The translations under genes and the position numbers were made by a program. The notes beneath the pieces were generated by a model that saw nothing but the letters and a program-made list of their open reading frames with translations, made no database searches and was not told the DNA's origin. Source: an uncultured bacterium (GTDB lineage: Bacteria > Patescibacteriota > Gracilibacteria > UBA1369 > PNNO01). Taken from it: a DNA stretch of 32,000 nt. This document shows, piece after piece, positions 7,875-17,078 of the stretch. Each line of letters starts with the position of its first letter. Position 1 is the first letter of the stretch. The stretch is from positions 180,001 through 212,000 of the forward strand of contig OY969931.1 in assembly GCA_963704705.1 (NCBI GenBank), given 5' to 3'.

Positions 7875-8070
7875 TCTGTCCTCCGTTTTTTCTTTTGCGC
7901 TTCCTAAGCGCTTGAAGTTGTTGCTGGTTTGCTACAGAAGCAAGCGCTACAAATTTTATTTATAAAGCATGCTCCTGCAACAAACAGTTATTTCCGCCAG
8001 CTAATTGTCAATAGAGCAGAAGCAAACATACTTAAAAAGTCATTCACTTCAATCATACTCAAGAACAACA

Positions 8071-8099
8071 ATTATGACAAAAAGTTGCGGTTTTGTCAA
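8071..8099 (-). promoter_or_regulatory. promoter TTGACA-N17-CATAAT reading toward the 7874 ORF
   Basis: plus strand attatg 8071-8076, tgtcaa 8094-8099. Confidence 0.65.
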
Positions 8100-8116
8100 G
8101 TTGATATAAATCTATT

Positions 8117-9163
8117 TTATCCAAATGTGAATGTATAAACTTTTAATCCCGGCTTATCTCCTGAAAATTCCAAAGTGTATTGGCCGTATCCTTCAGGATT
8201 ATCAATAAGTGTATATAATTTTTCATCATTTACTGTAAAGCTGTTTATTTCTTTGCCATCTCTTAAAACTTTTACTTTAACATCTGAATCAGAGCTTGCT
8301 ACAAAATAAACTTTTGAAGCCTTATATTTAAATACAACCTTACTATCGGCATTTAAGCTTTCTGCATATTCGGGTGTAATATTCCAATCGCCAACCAAAT
8401 ATGCCTGGTTAAATAATGGGTTTGTCGGTGCTTCTTCTACTTGTTTTAAATTGTTTCTTAAAGATCCAAAATAAGTTTCCGGACTTAAAGGTCCTGATTT
8501 ATCAGCAACTTCCGCATTTGGATTAACAAAGCCTGTACTTATCTCAACATTTTCTCCTAATTTTTCAGCTCTCTCTTTTAGAAGTTCCTGAATTTTAGAT
8601 TCAGCTTCTTGATATGCACCTTCTCCAATATGGTCGTAAACAATATAGCCATCAATATCAATTAAATATTTGCGAGGCCAATAACGATTACCATAAGCCC
8701 TCCAGGTGCCATAATCATTATCAAGAACAAGTGGAAATTTCAAACCAAATCTCTCAGCAGCTGCCATAACATTTTTTATATCTTTTTCGAAATCAAATTC
8801 AGGTGTGTGTATGCCGATTATTTGCAATCCCTGATCTTTATATTTATCCCACCACGCATTCAAATATGGATATGTTCGTTGGCAATTAATGCAGCTATAA
8901 GTCATAAAATCGAGCAAAATAACTTTTTTACCTATAAAATCTTCAATTTTTATAGGATCGCTGTTTACAAAACCTGCAGGTCGTACAATTTCTTTGGCTT
9001 TTTCATACATCATATCTTTTTCAACACTGCTATCCACATTTTCTATTGATGCTTCCTGAACAATTGTAGAAGTTGAAATTCGTCCCGATTCCATATAGAC
9101 AATTGTTGCAATAATAATTATTAAAATTGCTGCCAATAAGGCATATCTTGTTTTGTTAGACAT
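8117..9163 (-). CDS. thioredoxin/AhpC-TSA family thiol-disulfide protein, DipZ-like with C-terminal beta-rich domain
   Basis: 348 aa; signal anchor, MTYSCINCQRTYPYLNAW redox motif, GIHTPEFDFEKD; overlaps the ccdA-like stop codon. Confidence 0.85.
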   Translation of the reverse strand: MSNKTRYALLAAILIIIIATIVYMESGRISTSTIVQEASIENVDSSVEKDMMYEKAKEIVRPAGFVNSDPIKIEDFIGKKVILLDFMTYSCINCQRTYPYLNAWWDKYKDQGLQIIGIHTPEFDFEKDIKNVMAAAERFGLKFPLVLDNDYGTWRAYGNRYWPRKYLIDIDGYIVYDHIGEGAYQEAESKIQELLKERAEKLGENVEISTGFVNPNAEVADKSGPLSPETYFGSLRNNLKQVEEAPTNPLFNQAYLVGDWNITPEYAESLNADSKVVFKYKASKVYFVASSDSDVKVKVLRDGKEINSFTVNDEKLYTLIDNPEGYGQYTLEFSGDKPGLKVYTFTFG

Positions 9164-9870
9164 TACATAAATTGGTTAATTAGAAATTCGAGGTTGGCAA
9201 TTGAACTTAATTTTTGAGTAAATGCCAATATACCCAAAATTATTAAAAATATTCCGAATACAACTCGGAAAACTAAAAAAGCTTTAACGTGTTTATGCAA
9301 AAATGCTGAAGCCTGGGCAGTGAATAATCCGATTATTAAAAATGGCAATCCGAGTCCGAGTGCATAAAATAATAAAAGAAAAAACGCCGCTCCCGGCTGA
9401 CTTGCCGCCAATCCAAGAATCGCACCTAATATTACGCCTACACATGGCGACCATCCAGCAGCAAAAGCAAATCCAAATAAAAATGAAGTTAAGTATTTTG
9501 ATTTGAATTTATGCTTAACTTCCATCTTATGTTCAGTTTCAAGCGCTTTAATTTTTATCAGACCAGTTAAATAAAGTCCAAAAAAGATTATAATTACTCC
9601 GCCGATTCTGGCCAACCAAAGCTGTGCATCATATGCAAATGCTACCAATAATGTATTTAAAAGCACTCCGAGTAATGCAAAAACAATTGAAAATCCAAGA
9701 ACAAAAAACACTGCATTCAAAAATACTTCCAAACGTTTATTTTTTGCTTCAGCAATTGAGGTGCCAGCCAGATAAGCTAAAAACCCCGGCATCAAAGGAA
9801 ATACACAAGGCGATAAAAATGAAATTAATCCTGCAAATAGTGCAACCCAGATTGAAATGTCTGATCCCAT
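9163..9870 (-). CDS. ccdA: CcdA/DsbD-like cytochrome c biogenesis transmembrane protein
   Basis: 235 aa; AGLISFLSPCVFPLMPGFLAYL and GFAFAAGWSPCVGVILG motifs. Confidence 0.9.
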   Translation of the reverse strand: MGSDISIWVALFAGLISFLSPCVFPLMPGFLAYLAGTSIAEAKNKRLEVFLNAVFFVLGFSIVFALLGVLLNTLLVAFAYDAQLWLARIGGVIIIFFGLYLTGLIKIKALETEHKMEVKHKFKSKYLTSFLFGFAFAAGWSPCVGVILGAILGLAASQPGAAFFLLLFYALGLGLPFLIIGLFTAQASAFLHKHVKAFLVFRVVFGIFLIILGILAFTQKLSSIANLEFLINQFM

Positions 9871-9899
9871 TTATAGAGAGGTTATATAGTTATGTTTTA

Positions 9900-10445
9900 T
9901 TATAACATAATTATATCGTTTAGTAATTTTTCAAATTCTGTATAGCCTGAAGATTTATTTATATGGCCTGCATTTGGAATCAAATTAACTTCGACATTTA
10001 ATTTATCAGCTAGCTTTTGGGCTTTTTCAAGCTTTATATATGGGTCGTTATCTGAATGATAGACATAGAATTTTTTGCAATTTTTGCGGATTTTTTGCCA
10101 ATCAAATTTTCGCTGCGCAAATGTAACCATTCCCGGATCAAATTCATTTCCGGCAATTCCATAGAATCCGGCAATCAAAAAAGCTGCTTTAACTCTGTAC
10201 TTTTCGATAACATTTAATGTAAAAGGCACGCCTAAACTGTGACCTATTAAAATAGTATCATCGTTTAAAAACTCATTATAATTTTCAAGAACTTTTAGCC
10301 AGTTTTTAAGAGTCTGATTTTCAGGAGTTGGAAATTGAGGAATAATCACATTATATTCGCGGCTTGAGAGCTCTTTTTTAAGCCACGGGAACCAGTTTTC
10401 TTGAGGATTACCACCTACACCATGAAAAATAAAAACATTTTGCAT
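9900..10445 (-). CDS. RBBP9/YdeN-family alpha/beta serine hydrolase
   Basis: 181 aa; HGVGGNPQENWFPWL, LIGHSLG, and AGHIN near the C-terminus. Confidence 0.85.
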   Translation of the reverse strand: MQNVFIFHGVGGNPQENWFPWLKKELSSREYNVIIPQFPTPENQTLKNWLKVLENYNEFLNDDTILIGHSLGVPFTLNVIEKYRVKAAFLIAGFYGIAGNEFDPGMVTFAQRKFDWQKIRKNCKKFYVYHSDNDPYIKLEKAQKLADKLNVEVNLIPNAGHINKSSGYTEFEKLLNDIIML

Positions 10446-10448
10446 AAT

Positions 10449-10979
10449 TTAAGTCTTATCCATAAATACACGGCTTCCAACAGACTTTTCCTGCCCCTGA
10501 TATTTACCTCGATATGGATTTTCAGCTGCTTGGTCCATCTTTGCAAAAACAAGCTGGCAAATTCTGCGACCTTTTTGCAATTTAATTGGCAAAGAATTTG
10601 CATTATAAAGCTCTAAAGTGATTCTACCTTCGAATCCCGGATCAACCCATCCTGCATTTTGAATAAAAAGTCCGATTCGCCCAATTGAACTTCGACCTTC
10701 TACAAAAGCTGTCAAATCGTTTGGTAATTTAACGTATTCGGCAATCGTTGCGAGTAAAAAAGTATGTGGTGGTATTGTTATACTATCCCCCTGGATTTCA
10801 CGGTATTTGATCTCGCTGTCCAATGTAAGAATATCCATGTGGGTATCCTCGATAAGCAAATAGTGATCGCCAAGTCTGCAATCAATTGAAGCAGGCTGAA
10901 TTGATTCTTCGGTGATAGGGTCGACCACCAAAGACCCGTCAGCAAGCATAGCTTTTAAGGTTTTGTCAGATAAAATCAT
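10449..10979 (-). CDS. dcd: dCTP deaminase
   Basis: 176 aa; QPASIDCRLG, FVEGRSSIGRIGL, AGWVDPGFEG, QLVF motifs. Confidence 0.93.
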   Translation of the reverse strand: MILSDKTLKAMLADGSLVVDPITEESIQPASIDCRLGDHYLLIEDTHMDILTLDSEIKYREIQGDSITIPPHTFLLATIAEYVKLPNDLTAFVEGRSSIGRIGLFIQNAGWVDPGFEGRITLELYNANSLPIKLQKGRRICQLVFAKMDQAAENPYRGKYQGQEKSVGSRVFMDKT

Positions 10980-11110
10980 TATTCTTTTTCGTTAGGTTCA
11001 ATAAGTTCCATTTCGGTTTCACAGCATTTTAGCTGCCCTCCGCCAACTTTAACAATTTTAACTTCATTACCGCAAATGTTGCATTTATAAATTTGGTCTA
11101 GTTCAATCAT
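10979..11110 (-). CDS. desulforedoxin/desulfoferrodoxin N-terminal-like mini protein
   Basis: 43-aa ORF absent from the supplied track: MIELDQIYKCNICGNEVKIVKVGGGQLKCCETEMELIEPNEKE; CxxC...CC pattern; stop overlaps dcd start (TAATG). Confidence 0.75.
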   Translation of the reverse strand: MIELDQIYKCNICGNEVKIVKVGGGQLKCCETEMELIEPNEKE

Positions 11111-11157
11111 GATTCGATTTTAACATCCGCAGGCTCTCTTTGTCGACTTTTTGGAGC

Positions 11158-11397
11158 TTATTTAAAATTGAGGATTCTTAATATACGATATTTAATTGAT
11201 CCCTTTGGTCCATTAATGCGCGTTATTTCGCATTCAAGCGGATATGCTAATTTGTCAACAAATGGATTATCAGCGCCTTTAATTGAATTTAATTCTATTT
11301 TTTTCCCTTGCCATTCAGTGTATAAACTCCCCTCGGGGATTTTCTCGTCGTCCTCAGCGAATCTTCCATGGCAAATTGAAACTCTGTTTTTTACCAT
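11158..11397 (-). CDS. hypothetical protein
   Basis: 79-aa ORF in an operon-like position. Confidence 0.5.
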   Translation of the reverse strand: MVKNRVSICHGRFAEDDEKIPEGSLYTEWQGKKIELNSIKGADNPFVDKLAYPLECEITRINGPKGSIKYRILRILNFK

Positions 11398-11479
11398 TTC
11401 ATTATTTTAATTATGTTTTTATCGAGATATTTTAAAGCTTGGCAATTATAAACATTTTTATTTCAATATCAAGTTGAGT

Positions 11480-12115
11480 TTATTCAGCTGTGCTTACTTT
11501 ACGGTAAACTGTCAATTTGAGTTCATCTATTATTAAAGTTCTAAATAAAATTTCGAATGCCCCGCCACGTGTCATTTCACGTTCAGGATTAAAAAGCGTA
11601 CCATCTTCAGGTATTAAATTATGCTCATAGCCAACTTTTACATAAGGAGCATACCAAGAAGTTGTGGGAACATCTTCATAAGGAATAAATCCTGTATCAT
11701 TTGGAATATTATAATCCTGCGATTCTAAAATTAATTTTAAAACTTCAGCTCTTACTATTGTTTGAGCTGGTTTGAAATTGCCATCAGCGTATCCTTTCGC
11801 CCAGCCATGTTCTTTTGCGTAGCAAACATAAGGAGCATACCAATCATCAATAACATCATCAAAACAATTATTATAATCAGAAGCATCAGGTGTTATGCCA
11901 TTGCCTTCAACCAAAATTTTTGTAAGTTCTGCTCGATTTATATTGTCCAAAACCCTTATCGTACCGTCCGGATAGCCTTCGATTACACCCTTATCAGATA
12001 AATACTGAATAGCGTCATTATTTGTTTCAGGCATATCAGAAAATGCTAAGAGAGGCATAGAGTTGGAAATAAATACAGCCACTGTAAGAAGTATAAGACT
12101 AATTATTTTTTTCAT
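11480..12115 (-). CDS. S-layer homology (SLH) domain protein
   Basis: 211 aa; signal peptide; repeated DNAIQYLSDKGVIEGYPDGT / CYAKEHGWAKGYADGNFKP SLH motifs. Confidence 0.9.
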   Translation of the reverse strand: MKKIISLILLTVAVFISNSMPLLAFSDMPETNNDAIQYLSDKGVIEGYPDGTIRVLDNINRAELTKILVEGNGITPDASDYNNCFDDVIDDWYAPYVCYAKEHGWAKGYADGNFKPAQTIVRAEVLKLILESQDYNIPNDTGFIPYEDVPTTSWYAPYVKVGYEHNLIPEDGTLFNPEREMTRGGAFEILFRTLIIDELKLTVYRKVSTAE

Positions 12116-12133
12116 TTTGTATAAGATTATTTA

Positions 12134-12637
12134 TTATTGGCGAGAATATTTCCCCATAAGTTCAGCTTCTTCTAAAACGTGTTCTTTCATGGCAGATCCA
12201 AGCATTTCTTTGTTAGAGTCTGGTTTAAGATTAAGCTCTTCATCCAAAGCATACAATTTAAAATAATATCTGTGAATACCTGAAGGCGGACAAGGTCCTC
12301 CATAACCGGTTGTACCAAAGCTTGTAGTGCCTACAATTCCGTTTGGAATTGATCCTTCAGAAATTTCCTGAGTTGATACCGAAATATTCCAAATTATCCA
12401 ATGTACCCAGTCGCCAGACGGGGCATCAGGATCATCTACAATTAAAGCCAGTGACTTTGCACCTTCCGGCACTTCAGAAATATTTAAAGGCGGATTAACA
12501 TTTGCTCCGTCACATGTGTATTTTGATGGAATGTTGCCATTATTTTCAAAAGCTGATGAAGTGATTTTCATAAGTGATGAGTTAGTTGTGCATGCGGTTA
12601 ATAATAAAACCGCTAAAATTGCAGCAAATTTTTTCAT
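12134..12637 (-). CDS. YbhB/YbcL family phosphatidylethanolamine-binding (Raf kinase inhibitor-like) lipoprotein
   Basis: 167 aa; KYTCDGANVNPPL, DDPDAPSGDWVHWIIWNI, YGGPCPPSGIHRYYFKLYALD; lipobox LTAC. Confidence 0.92.
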   Translation of the reverse strand: MKKFAAILAVLLLTACTTNSSLMKITSSAFENNGNIPSKYTCDGANVNPPLNISEVPEGAKSLALIVDDPDAPSGDWVHWIIWNISVSTQEISEGSIPNGIVGTTSFGTTGYGGPCPPSGIHRYYFKLYALDEELNLKPDSNKEMLGSAMKEHVLEEAELMGKYSRQ

Positions 12638-13296
12638 TATTGAAAAAAGTAAATTAATAAATTGTGATGATTCATTAAGTGTTTAGCCGGAAAAGAATCA
12701 GCATCAATCGAATTGTCATTTAATTTTTGAATGGTTTCCCATTTTTCAGAACCCCTAACCAAAACCAATAATTTTTCACTTTGCATAATTAAAGGCAAAG
12801 TCATTGTAAGTCTGTCTTTTATATCATGAACATCGGTTTTAGTATGCATAACCAATTGTTTTTTTTCTGATATAGCAGGGGAGTTTGGGAATATTGATGC
12901 AAAATGGCCATCAATACCTATTCCAAGAATACATAAATTCAAAGGGCCTTTTAAAAATTCATCTAACTTTTCTTCATAATCAGCCACACATTCTTTTATA
13001 GGCATTGATGTATCGAAAGAATGCAAATGAGCTTTTGGCATGCTTTCCGCGATTAATTTATAGTTGGATTTGGGATCAGTTGCCGGAACATATCTCTCAT
13101 CCACCATAAAAAATTGAACTTTTTTAAAATCATAAACATCGCATTTAGCCAAAGCCTTATAAACAGGGCCAGGTGTAGAACCGCCGCTTAAAGCAACTTT
13201 TGCGCCCTCGAAATTACTGCAGCTCTCAATGTAATCTGCGCTGACAGTTATAAATTCCTCTTCGTTAGTAAAGATTTTAAGTTCCATGTAATGCAA
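12637..13296 (-). CDS. pgl: 6-phosphogluconolactonase
   Basis: 219 aa; ALSGGSTP, FFMVDERYVP, LGIGIDGHFASIFP motifs. Confidence 0.9.
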   Translation of the reverse strand: MHYMELKIFTNEEEFITVSADYIESCSNFEGAKVALSGGSTPGPVYKALAKCDVYDFKKVQFFMVDERYVPATDPKSNYKLIAESMPKAHLHSFDTSMPIKECVADYEEKLDEFLKGPLNLCILGIGIDGHFASIFPNSPAISEKKQLVMHTKTDVHDIKDRLTMTLPLIMQSEKLLVLVRGSEKWETIQKLNDNSIDADSFPAKHLMNHHNLLIYFFQ

Positions 13297-13383
13297 TTAT
13301 ATCATAATTACCACATCTGCTCTTGACAAAATTAAATTATTATTATAAAGTTATATCTATTTTGAAATTAACCTTTTAATAAA

Positions 13384-14238
13384 ATGACTCAATTAGATTC
13401 TCAAAGCGAAAATCCAAAACAAATTCCCCAATATCTTCTACCTTATGAAAATTTAGATAAAGTACATAAAGCCAGTATCGAATTAGCTGCCAGAATGATT
13501 GAAATTCTAAAAGCCGAGGCTTCTGAATTTTATGAATCTCAAAAAAGCATAATTGATAAAGATGGAGATACTCATTACAGAATTACATATATGATCGCTT
13601 GGACTGGTCGATTCCCGGAAGTAAAAGCTAAACTCGTAAGGCTTTATATGGATTTTGCAAAACAATATTATCAACCTCAACAAAAACATGAAAGAATGGT
13701 TAATATACTTGCTTATTCAAGAGCTGCCAATTTAGATTTGCCGGAATATGATGAAAAATTTGTTGAAGAACAATATCAGGCAGCTAAGAATGAGAATGAT
13801 TTACTTCAGGCATGGGATATTGCAAAATTGATCAAAAATGACAAAGGCAAAATGCTCAAAAATGCCGATGAAATCTCAGACGAAAAATGGACTGCTCAGG
13901 AAGCAGAAGATTTTAAAGCACTGGTTGAAGAATTAATTGATTTAGAACCGGAAGATGTAAATCAAAGAGGTTTACTACATTGGAAAATTGAGCCTATGAT
14001 TGATTGGCTTAGATTACGAGGAGGAATGGATGATTTAAAAATGAAACTTTGTAGAAAATTAAACCAGTTGGATCTTGAGTTTTATGGTTTATACAGAGCA
14101 TTAAAAAATGCAGAACGTGCAGATATGCCGGCTGAATATATTAAAAAATTAAAAGAAACCCACGGAACTCCAACTAAAGTTGTCGGGTTATGGCGAAAAG
14201 TAAAAAATGTTCTTAAAGGTTCTCAAGAAAGCAATTAG
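13384..14238 (+). CDS. conserved-looking hypothetical protein
   Basis: 284-aa ORF with host-like codons; convergent with zwf, stop codons overlapping at 14235-14238. Confidence 0.75.
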   Translation: MTQLDSQSENPKQIPQYLLPYENLDKVHKASIELAARMIEILKAEASEFYESQKSIIDKDGDTHYRITYMIAWTGRFPEVKAKLVRLYMDFAKQYYQPQQKHERMVNILAYSRAANLDLPEYDEKFVEEQYQAAKNENDLLQAWDIAKLIKNDKGKMLKNADEISDEKWTAQEAEDFKALVEELIDLEPEDVNQRGLLHWKIEPMIDWLRLRGGMDDLKMKLCRKLNQLDLEFYGLYRALKNAERADMPAEYIKKLKETHGTPTKVVGLWRKVKNVLKGSQESN

Positions 14239-15680
14239 TGAATATCGTACCATTTAAAGTCATCCATCTCAGTTAATTTATCCTGAGATTTTGGACCCAT
14301 ACTGCCATCTTTATAAATATCAACATTTATATGGCTTTTTTTAGCGAATTTAACTATTGAATCAACAAGCTCCCAGGTCGCAATAACTTCAGGAAAACTT
14401 AAAAAGAATTTTTTGCGGCCATGCAGAGCGTCTAAAAGTAAAACTCCGTGCTCAGGCATGCAGCTGTCACCTTCGCAGGCAATGGTATCAGAAGTTGTAA
14501 TATCCTGATACATTGCTTCGCGGCCGTGTTTATTAACAAGTTTAATATTTAATTTTTCATCCGGATAAAACTCGATGACTACCCTGTTCGGCTCTTCATT
14601 TGCCGGTTGAAATGCGTGTTTTTTAAGTTCAATAACAATATAAGTATGATGTTCATGCAGTTTTTTGCCTGTTCTAATGTAAATTGGCACCTTATACCAG
14701 CTTTGGCGATCAATGAATAAACGAAGTGCGGCAAAAGTATCGGTTCGTGAATTTGCAGGTACACCATCAATTTTTTTATAACTTTCATATTGTCCCAAAA
14801 CAATATTCTTTTTGGATTTGCTGAATTTAACAGCAGAAAGAATACTGTATTTTTCGCGGTGCAGACTTTTATCTGAATTGGTTACCGGAATAGACATGGT
14901 TATTAAAGCCAGAACCTGAAGTAAATGCGATTGAATCATATCTTTTAAAGTTCCAACTCTTTCAAAATAACCAACACGGTCTTCAACGCCAAGTGTTTCA
15001 AAAGCACTTATTTGTATGTTCGAAACTTCAGATCCTTTCATCATCAAATTTAGAATTCTGTTGCTTTCTCGAAGCGTTAAAATACTTTGTACTACTGATT
15101 TGCCAAGATAATGATCAAGTAAATAAACCTGATCTTCATTGAAATAAGTTGTAACTGAGTGAAATAAATCGCTTGCTGATGAGGCGTCATCGCCAAATGG
15201 TTTTTCTAAAACAAGCCTCAAATCCTCCTTTGGTGATTTGCGGGTTTCTCCCAAATTTTTAATAATCGGTTTAAAAACAACTGGCGGCACAGCAAAATAA
15301 CAAATATTCGGCAAATTTTTTCGTCCTGTAATTTTTTCCAGATATTTTTTGTATGTGATAAAATCCTCTTTTTTATCATACTGACCTTCAACATAATGAA
15401 CATGGCTTAATAAAGCATCTAAAACTTCGTCGTTTACTTTCCCGTCGTAATGGTCTTTAACACTTTTCGCAAAATAATTTTTAAATTTTTCCTGAGTCAT
15501 ATCTGAACGTGCATATCCAACAATGAAAAATTCTGCCGGAAGCATTCTTTTTAATTTAAGCTCGTATAAAGTCGGAAATATTTTAATTTCAGCAAGATTT
15601 CCTGATGCTCCGAATACTGTAAAAACAAATGGTTTTTCTATTTTTGTAGACATAAATGTTTTTGTTAATTCATTGTCCAT
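14235..15680 (-). CDS. zwf: glucose-6-phosphate 1-dehydrogenase
   Basis: 481 aa; FGASGNLAEIKIFPTLYEL, LEKPFG, DHYLGK, PIYIRTGKKL motifs. Confidence 0.95.
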   Translation of the reverse strand: MDNELTKTFMSTKIEKPFVFTVFGASGNLAEIKIFPTLYELKLKRMLPAEFFIVGYARSDMTQEKFKNYFAKSVKDHYDGKVNDEVLDALLSHVHYVEGQYDKKEDFITYKKYLEKITGRKNLPNICYFAVPPVVFKPIIKNLGETRKSPKEDLRLVLEKPFGDDASSASDLFHSVTTYFNEDQVYLLDHYLGKSVVQSILTLRESNRILNLMMKGSEVSNIQISAFETLGVEDRVGYFERVGTLKDMIQSHLLQVLALITMSIPVTNSDKSLHREKYSILSAVKFSKSKKNIVLGQYESYKKIDGVPANSRTDTFAALRLFIDRQSWYKVPIYIRTGKKLHEHHTYIVIELKKHAFQPANEEPNRVVIEFYPDEKLNIKLVNKHGREAMYQDITTSDTIACEGDSCMPEHGVLLLDALHGRKKFFLSFPEVIATWELVDSIVKFAKKSHINVDIYKDGSMGPKSQDKLTEMDDFKWYDIH

Positions 15681-17077
15681 TCTGTGTGGAATGCTCCTTC
15701 TTTGTCGATTCTTTCGTAAGTGTGTGCGCCAAAATTATCGCGTAATCCCTGAATAAAATTTGCCGGAAGTATCTCTGAAGTTATGGAGTCAAAATACGCC
15801 AGAGCCGATGCAAATCCCGGAACAGGAATGCCTTTTGACATACCAAAAACCGCTATTTTTCTTAATGCTGGAATAGCTTTATAAATTTGTTCTGAAAGAT
15901 CTTTAATTTCAAAAAGATGCAAATCTTTAAATTGTTTTTCAAATCCTTTATGAAGTTCATTTAAAATTTTTGCTCTAATAATACAGCCGCCTTCCCAGAT
16001 TCTTGAAAGTTCACCAAATTCAATATTCCATTTGTTTTCTTTTGCTGCTACTTGTAGCAAATGATAACCCTGGGCATATGCAATTAGCATAGCAACATAA
16101 ATTGCTTCTTCTAAAACATCGACAAATAATTCGAGTTCAATTTCGGTTTTAGGAAGATTCTTTGGATATTTTTGAGCAAGTTCCAGACGTAAATCTTTTT
16201 CATTTGATATGAATCTACAATAGACAGCTTCAGTTAAAGTTGGAATAGCAACGGCTTCTTCAAATGAATCAACAGCCGTCCATTTGCCGGTACCTTTTTG
16301 TGATGCTTTATCTAAAATATAATCAACCAAATCACCTTCATTAAATTCATCTTTTCGCCCTAAAACTTCCACAGCTGTTTCAAATAAAAATGATTCAAGC
16401 CTGCCCTCATTATATTTTTTAAAAATTTCACTTATTTTTTGTGCATCAAGCGAATAAGCATGTTTTAATAAATCGTATGCTTCAGCCATAATCTGCATTA
16501 CAGCATATTCAATTCCATTATGAACCATTTTTGCATAGTGACCAGCTGCATTATCACCCACATAAGTAACACAAGGACCTCCGTTAAAATCACGGGCAGC
16601 AATTGCTTCAAAAATTTTCTGCAAATTTTTCCACGCTTGTTTTGTTCCTCCGGGCATCAAACTCGGACCATTAAGTGCCCCCTCTTCTCCACCGCTAAGA
16701 CCGCATCCAATAAAATGAATTCCATCCCCGCGCAAATCTTCAAAACGTTTAATCGTATTATGAAAATTTGAATTTCCGCAATCAATAATAATGTCATCTT
16801 TATCAAGCAAAGGTTTCAACGACTCAATAACCGCATCAACAGCTGGCCCTGCTTTAACCAAAATTATAACTTTTCGCGGGCGTTCCAATGAATTAATCAT
16901 ATCTTTTAAATCATCGAATCCAACAAGATTTTCATTTCCGTATTCTTCGGTAAATTCAGTGGTAACTTCTGTTGTGCGGTTAAAAACCGATATTTTAAAA
17001 CCTTTATTGGCAATATTTCGCGCTAAATTAGTACCCATTACTCCAAGCCCTATAAGTCCGATTTTAGATTTTTCCAT
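15665..17077 (-). CDS. gnd: 6-phosphogluconate dehydrogenase, decarboxylating
   Basis: 470 aa; IGLIGLGVMGTNLARN, CGLSGGEEGALNGPSLMPGG, GTGKWTA, NFGAHTYERID motifs. Confidence 0.97.
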   Translation of the reverse strand: MEKSKIGLIGLGVMGTNLARNIANKGFKISVFNRTTEVTTEFTEEYGNENLVGFDDLKDMINSLERPRKVIILVKAGPAVDAVIESLKPLLDKDDIIIDCGNSNFHNTIKRFEDLRGDGIHFIGCGLSGGEEGALNGPSLMPGGTKQAWKNLQKIFEAIAARDFNGGPCVTYVGDNAAGHYAKMVHNGIEYAVMQIMAEAYDLLKHAYSLDAQKISEIFKKYNEGRLESFLFETAVEVLGRKDEFNEGDLVDYILDKASQKGTGKWTAVDSFEEAVAIPTLTEAVYCRFISNEKDLRLELAQKYPKNLPKTEIELELFVDVLEEAIYVAMLIAYAQGYHLLQVAAKENKWNIEFGELSRIWEGGCIIRAKILNELHKGFEKQFKDLHLFEIKDLSEQIYKAIPALRKIAVFGMSKGIPVPGFASALAYFDSITSEILPANFIQGLRDNFGAHTYERIDKEGAFHTEWTMN

Positions 17078-17078
17078 A

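Noticed and set aside
6107-8010. Integron cassette array with attC sites
   Set aside because: The hairpins resemble attC ends superficially (GTTAG/CTAAC), but full RYYYAAC...GTTRRRY boxes with correct order and spacing are absent and no integrase is in the window.
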